Assembly (NCBI GenBank): GCA_963708025.1
Contig: CAVPSB010000025.1
Location: forward strand, 192,001-256,000
Origin: an uncultured Candidatus Rokubacteria bacterium
GTDB lineage: Bacteria > Methylomirabilota > Methylomirabilia > Rokubacteriales > DASRDR01
Length of the DNA stretch: 64,000 nucleotides
Direction: 5' to 3'
The position numbers and the translations under genes are program-made. Within the stretch, counting starts at the first letter, position 1. Each line of letters opens with the position of its first letter. This document shows, one piece after another, positions 19,931 through 30,832 of this stretch. Below the pieces are notes generated by a model, which saw nothing but the letters and a program-made list of their open reading frames with translations, did no database searches and had not been told where the DNA came from.

Positions 19931-20401
19931 ATGAGCACGCCGCAGCAGTCGGAGACCAAGACCGAGGGCGCGATCAAGGGCGGGGACGGCCGGTACGTCT
20001 TCGACCTCGCCCGGCTCAGCGCCATCGACGCCGGCCCCGGCTACTCGACGGCGCACGGGCCGGTCGTCGAGGGCGAGCGCATCCAGGTCGGCCTGATGCG
20101 CATGCCGCGGGGGACCGGGGGGCGGCCGCACAGCCACCCGAACGAGCAGTGGGTCTACGTGCTCCAGGGCACGCTCGAGGCCGAGGTGGACGGCGTGAAG
20201 TCCCGGGTGCCGGCCGGCTCGCTCATGTACATCCCGGCCGACGTCGTCCACTCCGCGCTGGCGACGCCGGACGCCGACGTCCTCTTCCTGACCGCCAAGG
20301 ACATGTCCCACGGGATCGTCGGGACCCCGGTCGACCGGTCGATCTCCGCGCCGCTCTACGCGCCGGGGTTCGGGCCGACCGGCGAGGCCGGCCCCCGCTG
20401 A
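19931..20401 (+). CDS. Cupin domain protein
   Basis: PHSHPNEQ; IPADVVH. Confidence 0.85.
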   Translation: MSTPQQSETKTEGAIKGGDGRYVFDLARLSAIDAGPGYSTAHGPVVEGERIQVGLMRMPRGTGGRPHSHPNEQWVYVLQGTLEAEVDGVKSRVPAGSLMYIPADVVHSALATPDADVLFLTAKDMSHGIVGTPVDRSISAPLYAPGFGPTGEAGPR

Positions 20402-20418
20402 CATCGGGAGTCCCGGGC

Positions 20419-22185
20419 ATGAGCGACTTCACGAGCGAAGTGCGCGATGGGATGCGGATCGACTGGGACGTCCCGATCGCAATGGATGACGGCCTCGTTC
20501 TCCGCTGCCGACGTCTACCGGCCCATCGCCGACGGCCGGTACCCCGTCATCCTCTCCTACGGCCCCTACGCCAAGGGGCTGCACTTCGAGGACGGCTACC
20601 CCGATCAATGGAGCCGGATGATCGAGAAGCACCCGGAGGTCATGGCCGGCTCCACCAACAAGTACCAGAACTGGGAGGTGGTGGACCCGGAGAAATGGGT
20701 GCCGGACGGCTACGCCTGCGTGCGCGTGGACTCGCGCGGCGCCGGCCGCTCGCCCGGGCTTCATCGACATCTGGTCGCCCCGCGAGACGAAGGACCTCTA
20801 CGACTGCATCGAGTGGGCGGCCGTGCAGCCCTGGAGCAACGGCAAGGTCGGGCTGAACGGCATCTCTTACTATGCGATGAACCAGTGGCAGGTGGCTGCC
20901 CTCCAGCCGCCGCACCTGGCCGCCATGTGCGTCTGGGAGGGGGCGGCCGACTTCTACCGGGACTTCAGCCACCACGGCGGCATCCTGCTGCTCTTCGGCC
21001 GAGACCTGGTTCCGCGACACGGTCGATCACGCGCCAGCACGGCCGAGGGAACGCGGGACTTCCGCAGCCGGATCAACGGGGAGTGGTGCTCGGGGCCCGA
21101 GACGCTGCCCGAGGAAGAACTGGGGGCCAACCGCAGCGACTTCTACGAGGACTGCCTCGCGTCAACCCGCTGATCGACGAGTACTGGCGGGAGCGCATGC
21201 CCGACTTCTCCAAGATCAACGTGCCCGCTCCTCTCCGCAGGCAACTGGGGCGGCGCAGGGCCTCCATCCCCGCGGGAACTTCGAGGGGTTCGTGCAGGCG
21301 GCGTCACGAAGCAGAAGTGGCTCGAGGTGCACGGTCTCGAGCACTGGACCCACTTCTACACCGACTACGGCGTGCGCCTGCAGAAGCGCTTCTTCGGCCA
21401 CTTCCTCAAGGGCGAGGACACCGGCTGGGACGAAGCAGCCGAAGGTCTTGCTCCAGGTGCGCCACCCGGGCGAGAAATTCGTCGCGCGGGCCGAGACACG
21501 AGTGGCCCCTCGCCCGGACGCAGTGGACGAAGTTCTACCTCGATCCCGGCCGACCGCCAGCCTGGTCGCACGAAGCCGTCCTCCGCCGAGGCAAGCGTGA
21601 CCTACGAGGCCTCGGCGACGGCGTGACCTTCCTCACACCGCCGCTCTCGAGCGGAGACGGAGATCACGGGTCCGGTGGCGGCCAAGCTTTTCGTCTCGTC
21701 CGAGACCGAGGATGCCGACCTCTTCCTGGTTCTGCGCGTTTTCACGCCCGATATGCGGGAGGTCACCTTCCAGGGCTCGAACGATCCGCACACGCCCGTC
21801 GCTCAGGGATGGCTGCGCGCCTCGCACCGCAAGCTCGACCCCGAGCTCACGCTGCCCTACCGGCCCTACCATACCCACGACGAGAAGCAGCCGCTCAAGC
21901 CCGGGGCAGGTGTACGAGCTGGACGTGGAGGTCTGGCCGACCAGCATCGTGGTGCCGAAGGGCTACCGGATCGGCCTGACCGTCCGCGGGCGCGACTACG
22001 AGTACCCCGGCGGCCCCGGCCCCGGGCTGGGCGTCCTCGGCGCGGTCTTCACCGGGGTCGGGCCCTTCAAGCACGACGACGCCCGCGACCGGCCGCCGGA
22101 GGTCTTCGGCAAGAACGTGACGCTGCACTGCGGTCCCGGGCGGCCGGCGCACATCCTGCTGCCGGTCATTCCCCCCCGCGGGTAG
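20419..22185 (+). CDS. CocE/NonD hydrolase (many frameshifts)
   Basis: DSRGAGRS, WSNGKVGLNGISYYA and GWLRASHR across several frames. Confidence 0.85.
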
Positions 22186-22195
22186 GAGAGACACC

Positions 22196-22894
22196 ATGCC
22201 GACGTTCAGGTGGAGCGAGCTTCCAACCGAGACCATCGATCCGCAGCATTCGGCGGCCACCGGCTCGGTGTACCGAGGGGAGCAGATCGAGGTGGCGCTG
22301 GCGCGGTACCCGGCCGGCAGCGCGGTGAAGCCCCACGCCACGCCCCACGAAGAGGTGCACTCGATCCTGAAGGGCCGGGCCCGGTATCGGGTCGGCGGGG
22401 AGGAGAAGGTCGTCGGGCCCGGGGAAGCCGTCCTCGTGCGGGCGAACGTCGACCACGCGGCCGAGATCCTCGACGACCTGGAGGTGGTGACCCTGCGTGA
22501 CGTGAAGCCGGAGTCGGGCGGCGGGCCGGCGGAGGCCGGGGCGCCGGCGTTCTACAAGTGGGACGAGATGGACGCCGACTTCATCACGCCCAAGTACTCC
22601 TCGGCCCACGGGCCGACCCTCCTGGGCGAGCGGATGGAGGTCGTCTACATGTACTTTCCCGCCGGGACCGAGGGGAAGCTCCACTCGCACCCGAACGAGC
22701 AGATCCAGGTGGCGCTCAAGGGCAAGGCCGTCGGCATCATCGAGGGCCAGGAGTACCCGCTGGGGCCGGGCGGCGGCATCCTGTTTCCCGCCAACGCGAC
22801 CCACGGCGCCCGCATCCTCGAGGACTACACGGTCATCAACTGCAAGAACATCGTCCGCGGCTGGAGCACCTACACCGCCAGCTGGCAGAAGTGA
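22196..22894 (+). CDS. Bicupin protein
   Basis: Two cupin motifs (PHATPHEE; LHSHPNEQ). Confidence 0.85.
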   Translation: MPTFRWSELPTETIDPQHSAATGSVYRGEQIEVALARYPAGSAVKPHATPHEEVHSILKGRARYRVGGEEKVVGPGEAVLVRANVDHAAEILDDLEVVTLRDVKPESGGGPAEAGAPAFYKWDEMDADFITPKYSSAHGPTLLGERMEVVYMYFPAGTEGKLHSHPNEQIQVALKGKAVGIIEGQEYPLGPGGGILFPANATHGARILEDYTVINCKNIVRGWSTYTASWQK

Positions 22895-22943
22895 CCGTCC
22901 GGTGCGCCCGGCCCTCGTCGCGCGTCGCCGCTCCGGGAGCCGG

Positions 22944-24002
22944 TCACCGCGCCGGGCCGAGGCCGGCGGCGCGGAGACGAGGGAACACGACGTCGCGGAA
23001 CGCGGCGATCTCCTGCACGGGCGGGGCGAAGGTCTGGAGCGGCATGAGGTAGAGGCTCCGGACGCCGAGCCTCGTCATCTCGACGATGCGATCGGCGCAC
23101 TCGGCCGGCGTCCCGATGAGCCCCAGCGCCTCGCAGAGCCGGGCGACGACCTCGTCGGGGACGAACGCGGTCGCGGCGATGGCTGCCTCCCAGTCGTGGG
23201 CGTGGGAGAGGTCGGGATAGATCGTCCGGACCGCGTCCGGGACCTCCAGCTCCGGGAGGCGGAGCCCGGCCGGCTCGAGCCAGTAGCCGCCCCAGCGGAG
23301 GATCCCCCAGTGCACCGCGGTCGGGCGCGCCAGCCGGCGCGCCTCCCCGGTGGTCGGCGCCGTCGCCGTGCGGACCGCCCAGACGACCTCGAGGTCGTCG
23401 AGCCGGCGTCCGGCCCGCCGGGCGCCGCGCTCGAGATGCTCGAGCGCCCGCTCCACGATCCCCCGGTTGAATCCCACCAGGAGGAGCACGCCGTCGGCGA
23501 TCTCGCCCGCCGCCTCGATCGCCTTCGGCCCCGACGCGGCCATCAGCAGCGGGATGCGTCGCCCCGACGCGTAGCCGAGACGCCCGGGTGTCCCGTCGAA
23601 GTCGACGGTCTCGCCGGCGAGCAGCGCCCGCACCGTCTGGAAGCAGGCGCGCATCTCGGCCAGCGTCGCGGGTCGCCTCCCGATGGTGATCGCGGAGGTG
23701 TAGCCGGTGCCGATCACCAGCTTCACCCGGCCCGGCGCCAGCTCCTCGACGGTCTGGATGGCGCCCGCGAGCACCGAGGCGTGGCGCGTGAAGGGGTTGG
23801 TGACCGCGGGGAACAGGGCCAGCCGCGACGTGTGGACGGCCGCCTGGCCGAGGGTGACGAAGGTGTCGCGGCACAGGAGCTGGCTGTCGAGGATGCCGAC
23901 GCCGTCGAACCCCGCGGCCTCGATGCCCTCGATCAGGCGCATGAGCTCGGGCATCGGCGCCGAGCCGGGAACCCGCAGGTGGACGCGGACGGGCTCGCTC
24001 AT
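22944..24002 (-). CDS. LLM-class flavin-dependent oxidoreductase
   Basis: EAAGFD; AVTNPFTRH; AASGPK; GEIADG. Confidence 0.9.
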   Translation of the reverse strand: MSEPVRVHLRVPGSAPMPELMRLIEGIEAAGFDGVGILDSQLLCRDTFVTLGQAAVHTSRLALFPAVTNPFTRHASVLAGAIQTVEELAPGRVKLVIGTGYTSAITIGRRPATLAEMRACFQTVRALLAGETVDFDGTPGRLGYASGRRIPLLMAASGPKAIEAAGEIADGVLLLVGFNRGIVERALEHLERGARRAGRRLDDLEVVWAVRTATAPTTGEARRLARPTAVHWGILRWGGYWLEPAGLRLPELEVPDAVRTIYPDLSHAHDWEAAIAATAFVPDEVVARLCEALGLIGTPAECADRIVEMTRLGVRSLYLMPLQTFAPPVQEIAAFRDVVFPRLRAAGLGPAR

Positions 24003-24069
24003 CGTCGCTCGCAGTGTGCATCGGCGGCGATGGCTCCCGCAAGGTCGTCGCGCTGAGAGGGACGCGGGA

Positions 24070-24880
24070 ATGGATCTGGGGCTGGCCGGCAAGACGGTCC
24101 TGGTGACCGGCGGCAGCCGGGGGATCGGGCTGGAGACCGCTCGGCTCTTCGCGCGCGAGGGCGCCCGCGTGCTGATCGCCGCCCGCCGCGAGTCGGCGCT
24201 GGCCGAGGCGGCCGCCGACGTCCTGAAAGACACGGGGCGGGCCATCGAGACGCACTCGATGGACGTGACCAGCCTCGCCCACATCGACGCGCTGCCGGAC
24301 GTCATTCGACGGAAGCTGGGGCGGATCGACGTCCTGGTGAACAACGCCGGCACCGGAACCTACAAGCCGTTCCTGGAGGTGACCGACGAGGAGCTGCTGT
24401 ACGGGATGGCGATCAACTACTTCGCCCAGTTCCGCATCTGCCAGCGGGTGGTGCCGATGATGATCGCCCAGGGCGGCGGCCGGATCGTCAACGTCAGCGG
24501 CGAGACGGGGATCAAGGTCACCGATCCGCCGTTCCTCTCCTCGTGCACCGGCCCGGCGAAGTCGGCGGAGATCCGCTTCTCCAAGGTGCTGGCCAGCGAG
24601 CTCGCGCCGCACGACATCCGCGTGAACTGCGTGGTGCCCGGCCTGGTGCTGACCCCGGAGCGCTTCGCCAAGTGGGAGCGCGAGATGGCCGGGCGCCCGC
24701 TGGACCCGGTGGAGGCGGAGCGGATCCGTCACGAGTGGTCCGCCCGCCAGGGCATGCGGGCGACGCGCTGGGGCACGCCGGAGGAGCTGGCGCAACATGA
24801 TCGTCTTCGCCGCCTCCGACGCCGCCAGCTACGTCAACGGCGCCGTCCTGGTGGCCGACGGCGCGCAGGACAAGTCCTGA
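24070..24880 (+). CDS. SDR oxidoreductase (frameshift ~24795)
   Basis: TGGSRGIG; NNAG; ASYVNGAVLVADG in the shifted frame. Confidence 0.88.
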
Positions 24881-24885
24881 GGACC

Positions 24886-25277
24886 ATGGGCATGCGCTCT
24901 CGGGCGATCGTCCTTCGACGGTTCGGCCACGTGCCGGAGGTCGAGGCAATCGAGGTCGCCCTGCCCGGGCGGAGCGAGGTCCTGGTCCGGGTGGTCAACG
25001 CGGGAGTCTGCCGGAGCGAGCTGCCGGCGATCCACGGCAAGCGGCGATCCCGCTGCCCATCGTGCTGGGGCACGAGGGGGCCGGGATCGCCTCCTACTAC
25101 GGCTCGACCCGCTTCTACGCCGACATCCCGTGGCTGGTGAGCCTGTACCAGGCCGGGAGGCTGCCGATCGACAGGCTGATCAGCCGGCACTACCCGCTGG
25201 ACCGGTACGGCGAGGCGCTCCGGGCGCTGGAGGCGGGCGAGGTGGCCCGCAGCGTCCTCGACGTCGGCCCGGCGTGA
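24886..25277 (+). pseudogene. Zn-dependent alcohol dehydrogenase with a large internal deletion
   Basis: AGVC..GHEGAGI joined directly to the C-terminal SYYG...GEVARSVL. Confidence 0.8.
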
Positions 25278-25319
25278 GTCCCGGGGCAGGAGGGAGGAGG
25301 TGACCGACGGCCTCTAGAC

Positions 25320-25430
25320 CCTTGTTCCCTCTCCCCCTCTGGGGGAGAGGGTCAGGGGTGAGGGGGCAGAGCATGCACCCCGATCGACCCTCACCCCGAC
25401 CCTCTCCCTGAAAGGGAGAGGGAGCGGAGC
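25320..25430. repeat. REP-like doublet (two CCCTCTCCC/GGGAGAGGG hairpins)
   Basis: ccctctccccc-tct-gggggagaggg and ccctctccct-gaa-agggagaggg. Confidence 0.75.
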
Positions 25431-25463
25431 AACGCGAACGAACAGTTTCGAGAGGAGGGAACG

Positions 25464-26519
25464 ATGGCACCGACCCTCAGCGACAGGTGGCCCCTGGTAT
25501 CGATCGCGCTGGCATGCGCGCTCGTCGTCCTCGCCGCCGCTCCGGCCCCCGTCTCCGGCGCGGCGATCACCCTGCGCGCCGGCGCGTCCGACCCCGAGGG
25601 GACGACGGCGCCGGCCCTGGCCATCGGCAAGCTCTGCGAGCTGGCGACCAAGCTGAGCAACGGTGAGCTGGACGTCAAGCCGTTCTACCAGTCCCTCGGC
25701 GTGGAGCAGCAGCTCGCGGCCGCCGTCAAGTCCGGCAGCGTGGACATCGGCTACATCGCCGTCTCCAACGCTGCCCGCCTCACGGACGCCTTCCTCCAGT
25801 TCGACCTGCCGTTCCTCTTCAAGAACGACCGGGCCTACATGGACGTCCTGAAGAACCACCCGGCCGGGAAGAAGGCGGTGGCCCAGTTCGAGAAGGACCT
25901 GGGGGTCAAGGTCCTGCTGATCACGAGCCACACCTACGACGCGGACGTCAGCGGCACCGACCTGCAGACGCGGGATCGGCCGGTGAAGGTCCCGGCCGAC
26001 CTCAAGGGGCTGAAGATCCGCGTCACCAGCACCCCGGTCGAGATCGCCTTGATGAAGGCCTACGGCGCCAATCCCACGCCCGTGGACTGGGGCCAGCTCT
26101 ACCCCGCGCTCCAGCAGGGCGTGGTCGACGGCAACGCCGGGACCCCGCTCCCGCCCTACGCGGCGGTCAAGCTGTTCGAGGTCACCAAGTACTACGTGGC
26201 CATCGGCTTCCGGCACAACCTGCTGCCGGTCTACATGAACCAGAAGAAGTTCGACTCCCTCACGCCCGCCCAGCAGAAGGCCATCATGGACGCGGCCGCC
26301 CAGGTCGAGCCCCTGGCGGGGCAATGGGCCCGGGACAAGGTCAAGGACTCCATCGCGGCGACGGAAAAGGCCGGCGTTCGCATCTATCACCCCACCAAGG
26401 CCGAGATGGAGCAGTGGGTGGCGGTCCGGGACGCCGTCTGGCAGCAGGTCGGCGAGCAGTTCAAGGGCAAGGTCGACCTCGCCATCGCCAACGAGATCTT
26501 CAAGCTGAACGCGCGCTAG
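25464..26519 (+). CDS. dctP: TRAP substrate-binding protein
   Basis: DLKGLKIR; ALQQGVVDG. Confidence 0.9.
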   Translation: MAPTLSDRWPLVSIALACALVVLAAAPAPVSGAAITLRAGASDPEGTTAPALAIGKLCELATKLSNGELDVKPFYQSLGVEQQLAAAVKSGSVDIGYIAVSNAARLTDAFLQFDLPFLFKNDRAYMDVLKNHPAGKKAVAQFEKDLGVKVLLITSHTYDADVSGTDLQTRDRPVKVPADLKGLKIRVTSTPVEIALMKAYGANPTPVDWGQLYPALQQGVVDGNAGTPLPPYAAVKLFEVTKYYVAIGFRHNLLPVYMNQKKFDSLTPAQQKAIMDAAAQVEPLAGQWARDKVKDSIAATEKAGVRIYHPTKAEMEQWVAVRDAVWQQVGEQFKGKVDLAIANEIFKLNAR

Positions 26520-26612
26520 GCCGAGCGCCGGCAACCGCCCGGTCCCCGGGGGTGGCGCGGGAGCCGCCCGCGTCGCCCCCGGGCACCCGGCCATCGCGAG
26601 CGGAGGAAGGGC

Positions 26613-28514
26613 ATGGAGGCCATGGAGAGCGTCACGGCTCGGCCGGCCGCCGCGCCGTCCGCCTGGGGGCGATCCGTCGCGGCCCTGAGCGACGCCGTGG
26701 ACGGGGTCTCCACCCTGCTTTCGGTGATCGCCACCGTGGCGTTCGCCGTCATCGTCCTGCTGGGCGTCTTCTTCCGCTACGTCCTGAACGATTCCCTGGT
26801 GTGGACCGACGAGGTCGCGCTGGTCGTCTTCACCTGGGCGATGCTCCTGGCCATCGCCTCCGGCTACCTGCACGACAAGCACGTGAACCTGGACCTCCTC
26901 GTGCGGAAGCTGTCGGCCGCCTGGGGCGCTCGCACCCAGGTGGTGGCGGAAGGCCTGGCCCTCGGCTACCTGGTGGCGCTGACGGTCTCCGGCATCCAGG
27001 CGCTCGAGCCGGTGGGCGGGATGCACACGGACGCGCTCCGCTGGCCGCTGACGATCCCGTACGTGGCCATCCCGGTGGCGTGCCTGATCATGGATCTCCA
27101 CTGGGTGCGCCGCAACCTCCTGGCCGGGATCCGGGCCGCGGCCGTGGTCAAGCTGCTGATCGGGGGGGCGTTCTTCGTCCTGGTGATCCTCCCCTTCGGG
27201 CAGTACGTGCAGCTGACCGGCGTGCCCCGGGCCCTCGTGCTCCTCGCCGCCCTGTTCGGGCCCATGCTGATCGGGGTGCCGGTGGCGCTGTCGCTGGGAT
27301 TCATGGCCACCTTCTACATCGGCGCGCTCGGCGACGCCCCCTTCAACGTGGGGGCCATGCAGCTCTACAACGGGCTCAACCTGATCGCGCTGATGGCCAT
27401 CCCGATGCTCATCCTGGCCGGCAAGCTGATGCACGAGGCCGGCCTTGCCCAGTACATCGTGGACTTCGCCCAGGTGCTGGTGGGGCGCCTCCGCGGCGGG
27501 CTGGGGGCGGCCAACGTGGTGGCGAGCTTCCTGTTCGGGGACGTCTCGGGCTCCGCCGTCTCCGACACGGCGGCCATCGGCTCGGTGATGATCCCCCAGA
27601 TGAAGCAGCGGGGATACCAACCCGCGTTCTGCGCGGCGCTCCAGGCCACCGCCGGCACCCTCGGCATGATGGCGCCCCTGTCCATCACCATCCTGCTCTA
27701 CGCCAGCGCCACCAACGCCTCGGTCAGCCGGCTGGCGGCGGCGACGATCCTGCCGGCGCTCCTGCTGGCCGGGAGCTTCATGCTGGTGACCCTGGTCCAC
27801 GCCCGGCGCCACGACTACCCGCGGGAGCACGTGCCCCGTGCGTCGATCCTCCCGCGCGTCGCCCGGGCCCTGCCCGGGCTGTTCGCGCTCGTGCTCGTCC
27901 TCGGCGGCATCCTCGGCGGCGTCTTCACGCCGGCCGAGGTGGGCTCCGTGCTCCTTGCGTATGTGTTGATACTGTCGTTCTGCTACAAGACGGCCCAGCC
28001 GAAGCGGCTCTACCAGGCGGTGGTGGAGGCCGGCTACATCAGCGGGATGACGCTGTTCATGGCCGCCACCTCGTCGTTCCTCGGCTTCGTGATGGCGCGC
28101 GACCTGGTGTCCCAGCAGGTGGTGGACCTCGTCACTCAGGTCAGCTCCGACCGGTACGTGGTGATCTTCCTGGTCAGCCTGGTGTTCGTCGTGCTCGGGA
28201 TGATCCTGGAGCCCCCCGCCATGATCTTCGGCTTCCTCCCCACCTTCATGCCGCTCCTGGCCCGGGTCGGCGTGGACGTCGTCCACTGGGGGGTGCTCTT
28301 CTGCACCAACATGGGCCTGGGGTGCATCGTCCCGCCCGTCGCGCTGAACCTCTTCATCTCGACCCAGCTCGCCGGGGTGCGCTACGAGGCCGCGGTGCGG
28401 GCCACCATCCCGTTCATCATCATCATGATGATCGACCTGGCGATCATGGCAGTGTTCCCCGCCATCCCGCTGATGCTCCCCCACCTCCTGTTCGGCTACC
28501 CCCTGCCCAAGTGA
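26613..28514 (+). CDS. Fused TRAP DctQ-DctM permease
   Basis: DctQ WTDEVA..; DctM SGSAVSD, TPAEVG and VPPVALN. Confidence 0.9.
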   Translation: MEAMESVTARPAAAPSAWGRSVAALSDAVDGVSTLLSVIATVAFAVIVLLGVFFRYVLNDSLVWTDEVALVVFTWAMLLAIASGYLHDKHVNLDLLVRKLSAAWGARTQVVAEGLALGYLVALTVSGIQALEPVGGMHTDALRWPLTIPYVAIPVACLIMDLHWVRRNLLAGIRAAAVVKLLIGGAFFVLVILPFGQYVQLTGVPRALVLLAALFGPMLIGVPVALSLGFMATFYIGALGDAPFNVGAMQLYNGLNLIALMAIPMLILAGKLMHEAGLAQYIVDFAQVLVGRLRGGLGAANVVASFLFGDVSGSAVSDTAAIGSVMIPQMKQRGYQPAFCAALQATAGTLGMMAPLSITILLYASATNASVSRLAAATILPALLLAGSFMLVTLVHARRHDYPREHVPRASILPRVARALPGLFALVLVLGGILGGVFTPAEVGSVLLAYVLILSFCYKTAQPKRLYQAVVEAGYISGMTLFMAATSSFLGFVMARDLVSQQVVDLVTQVSSDRYVVIFLVSLVFVVLGMILEPPAMIFGFLPTFMPLLARVGVDVVHWGVLFCTNMGLGCIVPPVALNLFISTQLAGVRYEAAVRATIPFIIIMMIDLAIMAVFPAIPLMLPHLLFGYPLPK

Positions 28515-28539
28515 CCCCGGTGACCCGAGGGAGGCGCCG

Positions 28540-28860
28540 ATGATCAAGGTCTTCTCGCTGCTGCGACGTCCCGAGGGCTGGAGCCGCGAGCGGTTCCACC
28601 GCTGGTGGCTGGAGGAGCACGTGCCCCTGGTGACGGGGCTCGCCGGCCTGCGGAAGTACCGGGTCTGCCTCGTCCAGGGCTCGACCACCCACGAGGGCCG
28701 CGAGCCGTGGGACGGCCTCGCCGAGCTCTGGTTCGACAGCCGGGCCGCCCTCGAAGCGGCGTGGTCGTCCGAGGCCGGGCTGGCGGCGGTGGGCCACTCG
28801 AAGGCCACCGTCAGCGACCGCCTGGTCCTGATCACCGAGGAGCACGCGATCCTCGGCTAG
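28540..28860 (+). CDS. EthD family protein
   Basis: W..EHVPL; DGLAELWFD. Confidence 0.85.
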   Translation: MIKVFSLLRRPEGWSRERFHRWWLEEHVPLVTGLAGLRKYRVCLVQGSTTHEGREPWDGLAELWFDSRAALEAAWSSEAGLAAVGHSKATVSDRLVLITEEHAILG

Positions 28861-28861
28861 G

Positions 28862-29008
28862 GCCGTCACCCCGAGATCCGCTCCTTCACACCGAGGCGCC
28901 ACACTCGACGATCGCCCGGACGGGTGTCCTCGTGCCGATGACGATGGGCTCGCCGCCGAGGATGGCGTCATCCCGGACGGTGTATGGATGCTCCGTAGCG
29001 ACGGTCAT
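28862..29008 (-). pseudogene. Truncated DUF433 antitoxin
   Basis: MTVATEHPYTVRDDAILGGEPIVIGTRTPVRAIVE, a paralog of 30243-30527. Confidence 0.75.
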
Positions 29009-29469
29009 CGCTGGGGCGCCTCGTCCGCGAGACGGAGCACCTCGCGGTAGAGGGCAGGACTCATGTGAAACTGTGCCTCACGCAACGCTGCCAGAAGTGG
29101 CTCGATACGTGGCAGCATCCCTTGCCGCTTGGCGAGCAGGAGCACTCCCAGCGTACCGATCACGGTCAGTCCCACGCCCCGAGCCAAGCCGCGTGCCTTC
29201 TTGTCATCCAGGATCACCCGGGCGTCTCCGAGTTCGAGGGCCAGGGCGATGGCTCCGGCCTCGCCGGCGCCGAGCTGGGTGGTTAGAAGCGTGAGCAGAG
29301 GAATATTGGTAGGAGCCTGGACCGTCAGCCAGGGCACGGCGGTCCTCAGCTCACTCCGGACGGCAGGCGGGGCGAAGACCTGAGCGATTACCCGAGGCAG
29401 AAAGTCGAGCCGTTCGATTCGTTCCAGGGCGATGACACAAGCGGTGTTGGTCACTGCCCGCTCGATCAA
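29005..29469 (-). CDS. DUF3368 PIN-domain toxin
   Basis: LGAGEAGAIALA; ILDDKKAR; IGTLGVL. Confidence 0.88.
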   Translation of the reverse strand: MIERAVTNTACVIALERIERLDFLPRVIAQVFAPPAVRSELRTAVPWLTVQAPTNIPLLTLLTTQLGAGEAGAIALALELGDARVILDDKKARGLARGVGLTVIGTLGVLLLAKRQGMLPRIEPLLAALREAQFHMSPALYREVLRLADEAPQR

Positions 29470-29684
29470 TCTCCCGATTCCTCACGGAGCTCTTCAGCCG
29501 GGTAGTCGAACACCGGTACCCCGAGCTTGCCGAGGAGCTCCATGAAAGCCCGTGTCGAATATCCCGCCAGCTGGGCGGCCTGACCCAAGGAAAGCCGGCC
29601 GGTCTCGTAGAGCTTGACCATCAGCATCAATCGCGCTTCCTCGACCGGGACCTCTGGGGGGAGGTCCACTCTCAGCTCGCCCAT
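29466..29684 (-). CDS. UPF0175 antitoxin
   Basis: KLYETGRLSLGQAAQLAG. Confidence 0.88.
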   Translation of the reverse strand: MGELRVDLPPEVPVEEARLMLMVKLYETGRLSLGQAAQLAGYSTRAFMELLGKLGVPVFDYPAEELREESGD

Positions 29685-29799
29685 CCAGTCCTCACCTCCT
29701 CGTAGCCGCCACCGGTCGGGCTGGCTCTTCGCCCGCTCGATCGACATTGGGGTGGGCCGGTCTGCGGATTGCCTCGTGTCTGCCTATTCTCGCACGCCT

Positions 29800-30127
29800 C
29801 TCTCGTCGAAACGTCCCGGTACGTCCAGGCCGCCTGCGCCGCGATCTGGCCGCCGGCGGCGAGATCGAAGAACGTCGCCTCGCCGAAGCGCGGATGCCGG
29901 ACCGTGTGCCCGCTGGGCGCGAGCAGGTCGGTCCGGACGTCCGCCTCCGGGAAGTAGTAGACGGGCAGCCGGCCGGTCTCGCGCAGCAGCATCACGCGCT
30001 TGCTGTCGGCGACGGTCACGTGCCCGAGCTTCGCCCGCACCCAGCGCGGACTGGGCACCAGCTCGCTGCGCTGATCGGGCATGGAGGTGGCATCGACTCT
30101 GGCCTGGGCGAGCGGATCGAGCGGCAT
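29800..30127 (-). pseudogene. DUF427 protein, 3'-truncated
   Basis: VADSKR..ETGRLPVYYFP..AAWTY, then similarity is lost. Confidence 0.7.
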
Positions 30128-30174
30128 GCTGGTCCTCCTCACCTCGGATCTGCCACGACGAGACGGCGGTCACC

Positions 30175-30250
30175 GGTCGGGCAACCAGGAGCTGGTTCGC
30201 GAAATCCTCGGCGGCGAGACGGGTGAGCGTGCCGGGGGTCGGTCAGGCAT
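30175..30250 (-). pseudogene. Collapsed DUF5615-like PIN partner remnant
   Basis: MPDRP start overlapping the DUF433 stop, then LTRLAAEDFANQLL resembling a C-terminus. Confidence 0.45.
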
Positions 30251-30527
30251 CCGGACGGGTGAGTGGATGCGCGACGTCGTCCGGGATCGGGTTCCGGTCG
30301 ATGTATTTCTCGATCTCCGCTTGGTGGTGCGCGAAGTAGCTCAGCGCGTCCAGGACATGCTCGAGGGTCAGGTGAGCGAGATGGACGGGAATCTGTTCCG
30401 GTTTCAGCCCGCGGCGCCACAGCTCGACAACCGCTCGGACCGGTGTCCTCGTGCCCATGACGATGGGCTCGCCGCCGAGGATGGTGTCGTCGCGGACGAT
30501 GTACTGATGATCCGTCCCGACGGTCAT
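30243..30527 (-). CDS. DUF433 antitoxin
   Basis: ILGGEPIVMGTRTPV; ALSYF. Confidence 0.88.
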   Translation of the reverse strand: MTVGTDHQYIVRDDTILGGEPIVMGTRTPVRAVVELWRRGLKPEQIPVHLAHLTLEHVLDALSYFAHHQAEIEKYIDRNPIPDDVAHPLTRPDA

Positions 30528-30832
30528 GGTCGCCTCCGTGAATTGCGTGTTCCCGACTCTGCCGGCTAGTTTCTCACGGTTTTCCGCGGCGGCGAAGATT
30601 CAGCCGTGCCTCGCGGGTGGCGTCACTCATGGCGTGCGGTCGGGGGCCTCGTCCTTCGGACGGTCCGAGAAGGGGCAAAGGTCATGTTGGCCCATTCTAT
30701 GGTGTCTGCGACCCAGGGTAAGTGGGTCCGTGGCATCCAGGCGCACGGTTCCGGCAGGTAAGTGGCCAATACCGCTTGTATCGTCGCGGCAGCCTGTTAT
30801 GCTTGATGCGTTTCCCCCGAAAGGAGAAGGCA

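Noticed and set aside
26613-28514. DctQM fusion, and the hydantoinase A+B fusion, as novelties
   Set aside because: Both are well-known architectures
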